A stretch of 64,000 nt of DNA, from assembly GCF_964355755.1 (NCBI RefSeq), contig NC_092670.1:7492201-7556200 (forward strand), read 5' to 3'. This stretch comes from Antedon mediterranea. Its lineage: Eukaryota; Animalia; Echinodermata. The notes under the pieces were generated by a model. It was not told where the DNA came from. It made no database searches and saw nothing but the letters and a program-made list of their open reading frames with translations. Shown here in pieces: positions 1-10,600 of the stretch (position 1 is the stretch's first letter; every line of letters begins with the position of its first letter). Position numbers and translations under genes: made by a program.

Positions 1-6
1 AGATTA

Positions 7-510
7 GTAAAATCAGACTTTGAATAGGCCATTTTGTAGTTTAATCACAAAGTTAATCATGGTCAAATTCAAAGCTGGCAGCCAATTTGACTATGTTTTG
101 CTTTAAACACATTTTTTCAGATAATTTTTTTTCTCTAATTTGTGACATTAAAATGGCATACAACAACAAAATTATTAAAGTTAAAGATGACACAAAAGGT
201 GTTTTCATTATATCAATCGTTTTGATGAGAGTTGTAGTTGTCCCCCAAAACACGAAAAATAAAGATGAATGAAATTAAACTTTTGAGTAAGCAAATTTGT
301 ATTTTTAATCAAGTTATTCATTTCTGCACACAAAAAATAATTTCTAAATTTAACCAAAAACATGTAGGCTTTCTTTTTATTTTTTATTTTATTTGTGATT
401 TTTTTTTTCAGGTGAATAATTTTATATTCACTTTTTGATCAAAGTGACAGTATTAAAAAAAATCGACGGACATCTAAGTCAAGATATAGCAGTTGAGTAA
501 ACAAAATGGA
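7..510 (+). repeat. Interspersed repeat, copy A (unclassified, probably a transposon relic)
   Basis: TAAAATCAGACTTTGAATAGG..CCATTTTGTAGTT..ATCACAAAGTTAATCATGGTCAA..AAAGCTGGCAGCCAATTTGACTAT recurs at about 4262. The 3' part (TCAAAGTGA..GGACATCT.AGT.AAGATATAG..GTTGAGTAAACA) recurs at about 4395-4465. A more diverged copy lies at about 25225-25520. Confidence 0.75.
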
Positions 511-1112
511 AGGTTAATTTATCAAACCAGTTCTTTTCAACTTAAGGAATGGATTTCGATTTAGACCAATCACGACACAATAGATCACCTAAATTTTTAT
601 AACGCCACATATATTGTAATGTTCAGAGGCCCTTGACAAAGTTAAACAGCAAATGCTTCTATTTGTATAAGTGAGTTTTTTTAAAGATATCTTCTGAAGT
701 CTTTATGTCTATGGTAATACGTTTCTTAAAATGGTGCATAGGAAAATGCACTTGTGATTGGTCAACTCGTTGCGTTGCATTCAAGTGGGAAACCAAGCAT
801 TACTTTTAAGCACAAATGCTCAATGGATAGCATTTACTTTTTATAATATTCTTACAAATGGTCCGTGGTGATAATAATCTAGAAAGGCCTTATATAACAT
901 ATTTATTAATTTCAAATATATACGTTTTTTTTGTTTGTTTTTTGACAAATGTGCTTAATATACAAATAGTTTCAATATAAATTCAAAATATAGTCACTTA
1001 ACATCATTTTGGAAATGGGGTGGAAACATGGGAATATGAGTAGGCATACTTGGAAATTGCACTAATATCAGTTAGCAGTACTTTTTTTACTCCACTTTAT
1101 ATGCAGTTAAAT

Positions 1113-1255
1113 CAATGTTTCTTCATTTATCCATGGTATAATCTTAGCATGAGTACCAATAGTAGTGTGAGGGAGAGTGTGCCTCTCTAAACCAGATTAA
1201 CAACTTGTTGCTTGTCTAATGTTTCTTCATTTATCCATGGTATAATCTTGGCATG
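1113..1255. repeat. Short direct repeat (~38 bp x2) downstream of the GPCR stop codon
   Basis: AATGTTTCTTCATTTATCCATGGTATAATCTT(A/G)GCATG at about 1114-1151 and about 1218-1255. Confidence 0.85.
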
Positions 1256-1460
1256 TTGAAGAGTCGCACATTGAAATTTATCAAACCACGTCACGTCAAG
1301 AATGGAAATCCACGTCCAGTACAGTAGTGTTGAGTGCTGAAATGGACACGTTGTCAACAACTTCCAACATTGTGCTCCTCATTGTCCTTCAGATGTACAA
1401 TATATAATTCGTCTAACCACTTCTTAACCAATTTGAGCAAGTACGGTAATTAGCCATGCT

Positions 1461-2390
1461 CTACTGTAGCGATCGACGAATTCTACGTAGAACTGTGTTT
1501 ATTCCGTTTCTAAATGTCTTATTCATTAAACAGTATATCACTGGGTTACATGAAGATGTCATAAACGCCAACCACATTGAAAACGTTTTAAATCCATTTG
1601 GTAAGTGCACTCCCCTTGACTGGCACATCACAACAACTTGGTATGGCAACAACAGCAATATAAAAGTGCCAATGACAATTGCAAACACAAATGCCGATTT
1701 TATCTTAGACCTATAAAACAAATTAGGCCTAGACCTACTTGTCAACGATGCAATGGTTGTAACGTTTTGAACACGTTTCAGATGCTGGAAAGTTAACTTA
1801 CATATATGGTAATACAGTTTGCTTGTTAATAAAATCGGAATAAATACACACAAAACATACACGGACATTGCAAGAATAGCGTTGTCTTGCCACTTAGGTA
1901 GACAAATAAATGAATAAGGAACATATCCGACCTTTCCCAGTCCGAGGATGATGAAAATAAAAGGCTGAATCCATGTCCAACATAACAAAATGATAACATT
2001 TCGTTTGCTCATTTTGGATTCGTAATGTAAAGGGTTGATAATAGAATGATACCGTTCAATTGCTATTGCACATAGAGAAGCTATGCTTGTTAGACAACAC
2101 TGCCCATTCATAGACGAAGATAACTCACAGATCCAGTCTTGTACAAATGGCCATCTGTCACTTATAGAAGCAGTAAGAACAATAGGCATAACTAATAGTC
2201 CAACTAAAAGATCCGCGATTGCTAGATTTGCAACAAAGACATACGTTTTTGTCCGAAGTGATTCCACTGTGTAGATTATACCCAGAGTTAAGGAATTGCC
2301 GATTATTGCAAAAAGCATAATGATGAACAAAATGACAGTCCTGAATATTATTGTCACCGTTGTTGACGATTCGATTTCGGTAGAACTCAT
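1461..2390 (-). CDS. Intronless class A (rhodopsin-like) GPCR, orphan, aminergic-like/GPR161-like, 309 aa
   Basis: Seven hydrophobic segments. TM1 GN, TM2 NLAIADLLVGLLVMP, ECL1 WPF plus TM3 Cys, ERY at the end of TM3, TM4 Trp, ECL2 Cys (SFICLP), TM5 FIP, TM6 F..LLPY, TM7 NPVIY plus helix 8 (NKTFRNG). Confidence 0.95.
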   Translation of the reverse strand: MSSTEIESSTTVTIIFRTVILFIIMLFAIIGNSLTLGIIYTVESLRTKTYVFVANLAIADLLVGLLVMPIVLTASISDRWPFVQDWICELSSSMNGQCCLTSIASLCAIAIERYHSIINPLHYESKMSKRNVIILLCWTWIQPFIFIILGLGKVGYVPYSFICLPKWQDNAILAMSVYVLCVFIPILLTSKLYYHICKLTFQHLKRVQNVTTIASLTSRSRPNLFYRSKIKSAFVFAIVIGTFILLLLPYQVVVMCQSRGVHLPNGFKTFSMWLAFMTSSCNPVIYCLMNKTFRNGINTVLRRIRRSLQ

Positions 2391-4261
2391 TGAAGTTTAA
2401 ATCCGTTACACGTCGTCGATGTCTAAGATGTTACTGAGACAGTCAGCAAACAGTAGCAGCACAAAGTTGTCCAATACATTTGTTTTAAGCGTACAACGTC
2501 TAAACGTCTTCAGTTAATTGATTTAGTTTTTCCGATAAACATTATTTATTTTATATGTCCAGGTGATTTCATGCATTGATAACATGTAATTAGAAAGATT
2601 ATTATGTGAGAAAAAGTGAAATTAATCACTCATAATTCAACTTTAACCATTGTTTCCACTATTTGATTAAATTATATACAATTACAACACGGGACAGATG
2701 GTTCATATGGAGACAATCCTTCTTCGTACACGAAATGTAGCCTACTGGTTGCTATAGGCCTAACAAGTATCTTGTAGGCATAATTGTGCATTGTGTCACC
2801 AGGCACACAACCATGGATGTACAAATCTAATTTTATACCTCCATGCACACACCTTCGTCTCATTATCACCGTCATGATTAGTAGGCCTATTATCATTATT
2901 AGCAAGTGGGTAAGCCTAAACTGTAAATATAATATACAGTAAATTAAGTAAAAGTTGATTCACTTGTGTCACAACTCAGAGGGAAATCGACCCAGCAACG
3001 TCAAGAAGTCATATTAGCCTATAGGCCTAATTTAAATAAAAAATTACTAAAAATAATATACAAAACTCTTTTACTGTGCTCATTTGTATCGCTTGCTGAT
3101 TAAAATGCATCCACCAGTGACTCGGAGTGTACGTGTCTAAAGCCTAAACGAAGGTCAATTATAAATAAGGATTCGGATGCACCTCTAACATTTTAAATAA
3201 TGGATCACGGCTTATAACTTTAGTTTAATTATATTCTATAAATTGAAATCATCTTTAATTGTTATTCTTAATCAATTAGTAATTGTATTACATAATACGA
3301 CGACCTATGCCTATAGTACGTCATTACAAATAAAGCTATAATGATGCATGCCTGTATAAGAAATACACACATCAATCTGTTGATATATAGAGTGTTAGTG
3401 AATTGACGCACCACGGTCCCTTTTTTTTGTCAGAAGTCCTTTAATTTTACATTAAACCAATTTGTCTTTTTTTTTTAAGGATAGCAATAATTAAATATTA
3501 GATTGTCACACAACCGCAACTACGGCTCTTTCGGACATGTACATTATTGGAACCACGGTGAACGACTCTCAATAATATATAAAAGTAAATGTAATAATAA
3601 CGTTTGGCAAAACAATTCTTTTCTTTCTAATCCCAACCAAAAAAAAAATCCCCGACAAAAAAAAAACCCATCCAATTCTCAAGCAATAATCAACCATTAA
3701 CAGTAGGCCTATCCCTATTCCAATTATTCTATAACCCCACAAACTTCACAATCGTTCAACAATTTTCTTATTTATGAAACAACTTAAACCCCCAAACAAG
3801 TACATTTACAGAATGAATAATTAAAACAAGTAATAAGAGTACACAATATCATTACTTCTTGTATTCTCCGTCTCCGATGCTGGCATATAAACAAATTAGA
3901 AAACGGATAAAACTTATGTTTATGCAACAACTGCCACACCTCTGCTCCCTCTGCTGTTATCACCAATAATTATTAATTTACTGCAATTGATGTTGCTGTC
4001 ATATAAATAAATTAAAGATCGATAAAAGTTAAAATGTTTCTTGATATCGTTCTGCCATCTCAACAAGTACATTAATTATGTAGTACTTTTAATTGAAACT
4101 GAATTATGTAATTACAGAAAACAATGAAACAGTTATTAATATTACTGTAAGCAATTTACTACCGACTACAAAATACCAATAATTAAATACTCAGAGAGTC
4201 TGTTGTAGCAGATATCTTATAGTGTAAATGAAGGGAATAATGTTACTAAATAAAAAATCAA

Positions 4262-4468
4262 TAAAATCAGACTTTGAATAGGAGGCCATTTTGTAGTTCA
4301 ATCACAAAGTTAATCATGGTCAACAAAGCTGGCAGCCAATTTGACTATATTTTACACATTTTTTTCAGGTAATTTTTGTTAATCTAATTTTTGGTCAAAG
4401 TGATATATTAAAAAAAAACAGGGGGGACATCTTAAGTAAAGATATAGTGGTTGAGTAAACACAATTGA
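4262..4468 (+). repeat. Interspersed repeat, copy B (internally deleted relative to copy A)
   Basis: Matches about 7-140 and about 435-510 of copy A and lacks the middle ~290 bp. Confidence 0.75.
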
Positions 4469-4499
4469 ACCTAATTAATAATGACTGGCATATTATGCA

Positions 4500-4515
4500 T
4501 AGCGCCATCTAGTGT
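4500..4515 (-). promoter_or_regulatory. Candidate CTCF binding site
   Basis: Minus strand reads ACACTAGATGGCGCTA, a close match to the CTCF core CCAC(C/T)AG(A/G)(T/G)GGCGCTA. It lies between the divergent GPCR and kelch 5' regions. Confidence 0.5.
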
Positions 4516-4539
4516 CACTAATTGCTGCCATGGAGTTGT

Positions 4540-4686
4540 TTACAGAATTGAACAGAGATCGCATCGAGAGCTAGGCCTAGGCTAGGCCGTTAACTAAATA
4601 AGAAAACTGGAAAACATTAATCAAATTCCCTAGGCCTCTTTTTTGGCATACTCTACTTAGACATTAAAATAAAGTCTGTTAAGAGG
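4540..4686 (+). promoter_or_regulatory. Putative promoter and first non-coding exon of the kelch gene
   Basis: Strong donor AAGAGG|GTAAGT at 4687, with a dense CTAGGCCTAG/TAGGCCTA cluster at 4570-4980 like the one in VPS41 intron 1. The start coordinate is approximate. Confidence 0.4.
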
Positions 4687-4980
4687 GTAAGTGAAGGTTT
4701 AAAACAGGATACTGAGATTCCTGATGTATAATTAATCCCCTTGCTAGGCTAGCTAGTTAGGCTACTACTACTACTCTCTCTAGCTAGGCCTAGGCCCCTA
4801 GTCCTACACGCTGTATCACAAGTGAAGTAGTCTCAAAGTCGAAACTGTCTGTGGCCGTATACGGTCACATGACACATGCCCTAGCTATAGGCTAGGCCTA
4901 GCCTAGCAGTAGGTAGGCCTACTAGTCAGCCCTATACATTATATAATAATTATACTATAGGCCTAGGGCCTAGGCTACCC

Positions 4981-7077
4981 GGTGTCAGATGAAATCGGTC
5001 GCGATAAAATCAACTTCCGGTATTTTGTATGGCGCGCCGCTAGAGCTGTACCTTTGATGATATCGGTCGCGTTTGAAATCGGTCGCGTTTGAAATCGGTC
5101 GCGCTATTTTGTATGGATCGAGCGGGATGCATGCTGAGCGGGATATACATTTTTCGTTTATATAGTTAATTGATATTTTTTAGGAACTAGATTATTTATG
5201 TGGATATTTTTGACTTGGTTAATAAATATTTATTATCAATCATTAAATTAATTTTTTTTTTGTATTTCACAGGTCTTGGAGAAGGACTGTGTCTTTTCAA
5301 AATGGCCATTTCTAAACACGTTTAAATATTATATTAGGCATAATGTTATATTAGGCATATAATAATTTACCTAGGACCACAATGGAAATTTAGGACCACA
5401 CTGGAAATAAGTTTGCCGTCTGGGTACTTTTTTTGTGTTTTTATCCTATTGATTTTATATCAGAATAAAGAAATAAAAATAAAAATAAAATACCTCTATT
5501 TATATGTACTGTAATTAATATATTATATAGAGAATATACGTCTGTCGTGTCTGTTATTATGCAAACAATTACGTAAAAGAGAACAATTTATTTAAAAACA
5601 ATAATTGTTACAATATAGCCCGTAAAGCCAGCGTATCCATTTTTATACTTATGCATATATGTGGCAGATTATATCATATCCATGTCGTTAACAACATACT
5701 ATTCGATCACCTTATTTTTATTTCTATCCGTTATGTAGGATAATATTAAGTATATAATGATTATTGTTGAGGCAAATCACGTGTATATTTTTATTTCTAA
5801 TGTTTAAAATAGTTTTTAGTAAAATGATCATTATATGCGGATGGTTAAAAGGCGAGTTACTGAAATAAACCCCCGAATAAGCCATATCGACGGAGATGCG
5901 CCTTCGATGATAGTGAAGCTGTTTCCTCTAACAATACGTTATTTTGCTGACGGGGTTTCCCCTTTTTAAAAAACACGCACTTGTTAGTGTGCCAACTCAT
6001 GGACAAAACACATACGATCGTTGTCCATGGCGGCGAGATAAAGATGACGTCTATTACTAATAACCATACGTTTGAAACGTCTATAGGCCTCCTGCACGTG
6101 TTTTTGTGAAACGATTCAATGAGCTATAGATGCTCGACGCGATTATGAGATTATGTTCATTCATTCATTATTAGCCTTTAAAATCGAAATACATTTAAAA
6201 CATAGGTAACAAAATCAAGACACGTGGAAATCTAAGGAGGCAAGGATAAGCAAAATCAATTAAAGTCGCTGTAGCTAACAGGCTTGCTATATATCCATAA
6301 TAATTCCGAAAAAAGTACTGTTTCTATAATTTGACAGTATGATTTATATATAATTTACGTAAATACGTCGGCGATACTATAGATTTTAATTTGAATATCT
6401 TTTATTTCTTCATTTATAATAATCATTTAATGTAAATAATTAAGTAAGTGCAACTCAGTGTCTCGCATTCATACGCCGTTTAGTAAATCTAGGCCTAAAT
6501 GTTTAAATATCAGTGCAGATTACCTCTTTGAGAATCGTGTTCACCTTTATCTATCATTGTACATCATACTCATAGTCCTACTGTAGGCCGGTAGAATGAT
6601 TTATAACGGCATATTATCTATATATTTTATTAATATCCTAAAACCATACGTAATTGTGTGCATAATAAAAGACACGACAGACGTATATTCTCTATATAAT
6701 ATATTAATTACAGTACATATAAATAGAGGTAAATAATTATATGCCTAATATAACATTATGCCTAATATAATATTTAAACGTGTTTAGAAATGGCAATTTT
6801 GAAAAGACACAGTCCTTCTCCGAGACCTGTGAAATACAAACAAAAATTAATTTAATGATGGATAATAAATTAAATCTATATAAACGAAAAATGTATATCC
6901 CGCTCTAGCATGCATCCCGCTCGATCCATTCAAAATAGCGCGACCGATTTCAAACGCGACCGATATCATCAAAAGTATAGCTCTAGCGGCGCGCCATACA
7001 AAATACCGGAAGTTGATTTTATCGCGACCGATTTCAAACGCGACCGATTTCAGACGCGACCGATTTCATCGTAAACC
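4981..7077. mobile_element. Non-autonomous foldback DNA transposon (GG...CC termini, 8-bp TSD; Merlin- or Mutator/Phantom-like)
   Basis: Ends GGTGTCAGATGAAATCGGTCGCG and CGCGACCGATTTCATCGTAAACC. Perfect TSD GGCTACCC at 4973-4980 and 7078-7085. Long inverted arms at about 4981-5575 and 6647-7077 contain tandem 16-mers GAAATCGGTCGCGTTT. No transposase ORF. Confidence 0.9.
5373..5490 (+). mobile_element. 5'-truncated non-LTR retrotransposon 3' tail nested in the left arm of the foldback element
   Basis: Absent from the right arm. Flanked by TACCT (5368-5372 and 5491-5495). Ends in AATAAAG(AAATAA)n. AGGACCACA(A/C)TGGAAAT is present twice. Confidence 0.7.
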
Positions 7078-7604
7078 GGCTACCCTATATGCCAAGCAAC
7101 TAGGCCAGGTACAAGACCATATACTGTAATAATCACTAGCTATGACAACTATGATGGCTAGCTACTAGCCTACACTATTCTAGCCAAGCACTCTCTCTGT
7201 ATTGATTAGTATTCACCTCTTTTAATTATTCTGTTCTGTCGGTGTCTGGTTTACAAATGTTGATTTTGTTTTAAAATTACTTGAAAATGTCAAAATTATT
7301 TAATAACGTAAAAAAAAAAAGGTCACCATAATAATGCACTTTTTAAATTTTGTCAATTGTTTGTATGACCTACTAGGAAAAGATATATAGGCCTAGGCCT
7401 ACAATTTTTCAAGAGAATTTAAACATTTTTGTAATCATTTTATTATCTCTCTGTAAGTTTGTGCTATTATACATTTATGCTATATAAACATTTCTGTACT
7501 AAATGTGTTGATTTTGTTTTTCTCCTGACATCACAGCCACTTTTCAAGATGAAACACTTCACTAGAATGCAGCTTACAGTTGTAATAATAACATTCTTTA
7601 AATA

Positions 7605-10600
7605 ATGGTAAGTTTAATTCTACTGTATTACTTTCGTGGTTAAAATCTTGCAGTTTAAAAATATGTAAGAAAGATAAATCTTTATTGTCATGATGAACAC
7701 AATTTATTGGTTAAAAATTCATTACATTTGTAAACCTTCGTTAACAAACTGTTACTTCACTTTCTATTTCCATATAGTTTACATTTATTACTAAAACATT
7801 AACACTTTGATTATTGTATTGCTAACTGTACAGTATTAACTAATTATTATAAAATATATTATTAGATAATAATTAATATTATACAGCACACAATTCAACA
7901 TACCTTGAATTTTCGACATGTTACACATGTATTCATCAGAAGAATCCTATGATGTTTATGTAGATAAGTGACTTTCTATTAACCAGCACGTATGAGCTTT
8001 CATTCGAATGTACAGTATTACTAACTATATTCTGTCTGTATATAATAATTGTGTTTTTTCCGATAATTAAAAATATTATAATTTTGTGTAGTTTGTATGT
8101 ACCTTATTTCTGTAGTACAGTTTTTATCTTCATTTCCGTACATTCATACATTGGCTGAATTTCCATAATATTACTATGTATTGATATTGTTGTAGGACTC
8201 TGAATACTGACCATTAAAAACTGAATTTGACAATCACAACCCTTAAGTACATTCACACTTCAGAGGACGATTGATGTCACTATGGCAACAAATGTGAACT
8301 AATTGAGTTGGTACACAGACTGTGATTAGTAGTTTTATTATTACTTACATCTAATAGAAAATCTATTTTCAGAATTTAGAATAATAATAATAATACATTA
8401 AAATAACATTTGTTTTAGATGCTTGACTCTTAATAAATTTATCTAATCTTTTTCCAGTTACTATTCAATAACCACTGCATTTTTTATTCAATTTTGCTTG
8501 TGGATAATCTGTTGCTTTTGTTGTAATCTATAAAAGAATACCTGGCCAACATCCTGGGCCAACCAAACAATCATGCCGTGCATGTAAATGTTTACTGCTA
8601 ACCTCAAAAAAATTCCAAAATCAATGATCAACTATCAATATTTAAACTCTAGAGATGGAACGAAAATTTACAATTAGTTTTTCTCACAAAAAAATAACAA
8701 AACAAATGTGCAGGTAATGATTGTTTAGGGGCATCAAAATTGCAGACATTTAAATATTTCTGCAAGCCCATGGTTATTGTTAATTTTCCAAATTCAGGCA
8801 ACTTAAGGATCAGCAAAAATTATTTTTGTTGCCAATTTCTTCCAGTCCAACTCGTCTGGCTTTACATCATCAACACCGCCAGGCCCAAGCACTAAACGTC
8901 ACTCAACATTTGTATGGACACCAGTTTTTCCTGAAAACCTTGTCACACCTTGTATGCGGAGCAAGCACGCTGCATGCTTGGTGGGCAGTTTCATCTACGT
9001 TTTTGGTGGACGTGATGCACACAGTAGTAGGAAAGACTTATGGAGGTACAACATCACAACTAATGTATGGACCAGCTTAGAATGTTTTGGAATGGCACCT
9101 CCTTTGTTACAGGATCATACAATGGTTAATCGTGATGTATGTAATAGTTTTATTAAAATTAATGTTTATTGTCAAAATAGTCAGAAAGTTTCACTTGCAT
9201 ATTATTCAAATTATAGTTTGTGTGCATGTCTGATGTTTTTGCATTTAGTACAGTATACTATTATTAGTAAAATCTACAGTGTTAATGTTAGAGGGTATTG
9301 ACAATTGTATTGACTTTTTAGCTGCAATATTTTGGTATTATCTGTGATTTTATTTAGATTTACTTTCTCAATAAAAGGTTAAATAAAGTCATTGCAGTTC
9401 AGTGTTGTAACTATATTCTAAAAGATGATATTATTTTAATACAATTTCACTGTCATATTCTCATTGTTTTGAAAAAAAGTCATTAACTATGGTATTCAAT
9501 TATTCAAATTTGCATGGCATTACCAAAAATTGTTTTGCTTCATCGTTTACTTTCATAGTACTGTAGTATATGATTATTTATTATATTAATTAATTAATTA
9601 TTTTTATCCTTTAATAGAATAAGCTATACATCTTTGGTGGCGAGCTTGGTTTTGGGTCATCAGATGAGACGGCACTATGGAGCTATGATTTACAAGAGAG
9701 GTCTTGGGCAAAAGAAGTTGGTGGCACGGATGTGAAGAAACCTCTAGGTCGACGAGGTCACACAGCGACCCTTGCCAATGATGTCATGTACATATATGGC
9801 GGCTACTTAGATTTAAAGGGGTCATCTAGTGAACTGTGGCTCTATGATTTTGGTTAGTATACAAAATAAGCTTATTATATGTTTTTTGGAATTTGCTTTT
9901 TTAGAGAGCAAAATGAGTAATGAGCAGTAAACCATCAAATGGGTGGGAAGTATTATCATTACTACCACCCTGTGTATTTCAGTTATTTTCAGTCATTCAT
10001 GTCACTCATGAACTTTTGGAAAATACAGTAGTTGAACTTTAAATTTTTTTGATTTCTGAAAAAAAACATATATTTTAAATGATTTGGTTAAAGTTTTTAA
10101 AAATTAAACAAACAATCATGTAAAATTAACATTTTAACTACCTCACTTTTTAAATAGAAATTAAGTACTAAACTCCTATAATATCTTTCTTTAGAGAGTG
10201 ATTCATGGCATATTGACTGCCTAAGTCATTTGAATGAACCTCCACCAAGACACAACCATTCTGCAGTTCTACACAACAATGCTATATGGATTTATGGTGG
10301 TTTGAGTAACCGAGTGCCCAGGGCTGACCTCTGGAAATGGGACATAGGTGTGTAGTATTGTGTTTTTACAGTATGGATTTAGTTGTATACATGGTATTAT
10401 TGATTACTCGAGTATGAATTCCTTTTATCCCATTGTTCTGACGTTTATTCTACATTGTGTGACTAACCTATTGCCCAAGGCTGACCTCTGCAAAAAATAT
10501 AGGTCTGTGTCTGAAAAGAAGTTAAATCGTGTGTAATAAATTTACCTGACAAATAAACAATTTCCCCTTGTTTTTGGCAGAAGAAATGTGTTTTTTTTTT

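Noticed and set aside
1260-1463. Stop-codon readthrough or frameshift extending the short GPCR C-tail
   Set aside because: All three frames hit stops within about 16 codons of the TAG.
5575-6647. Spacer of the foldback element as a transposase remnant
   Set aside because: No ORF of 60 aa or more and no recognisable DDE or zinc-finger motif by eye. A translated search would be needed.
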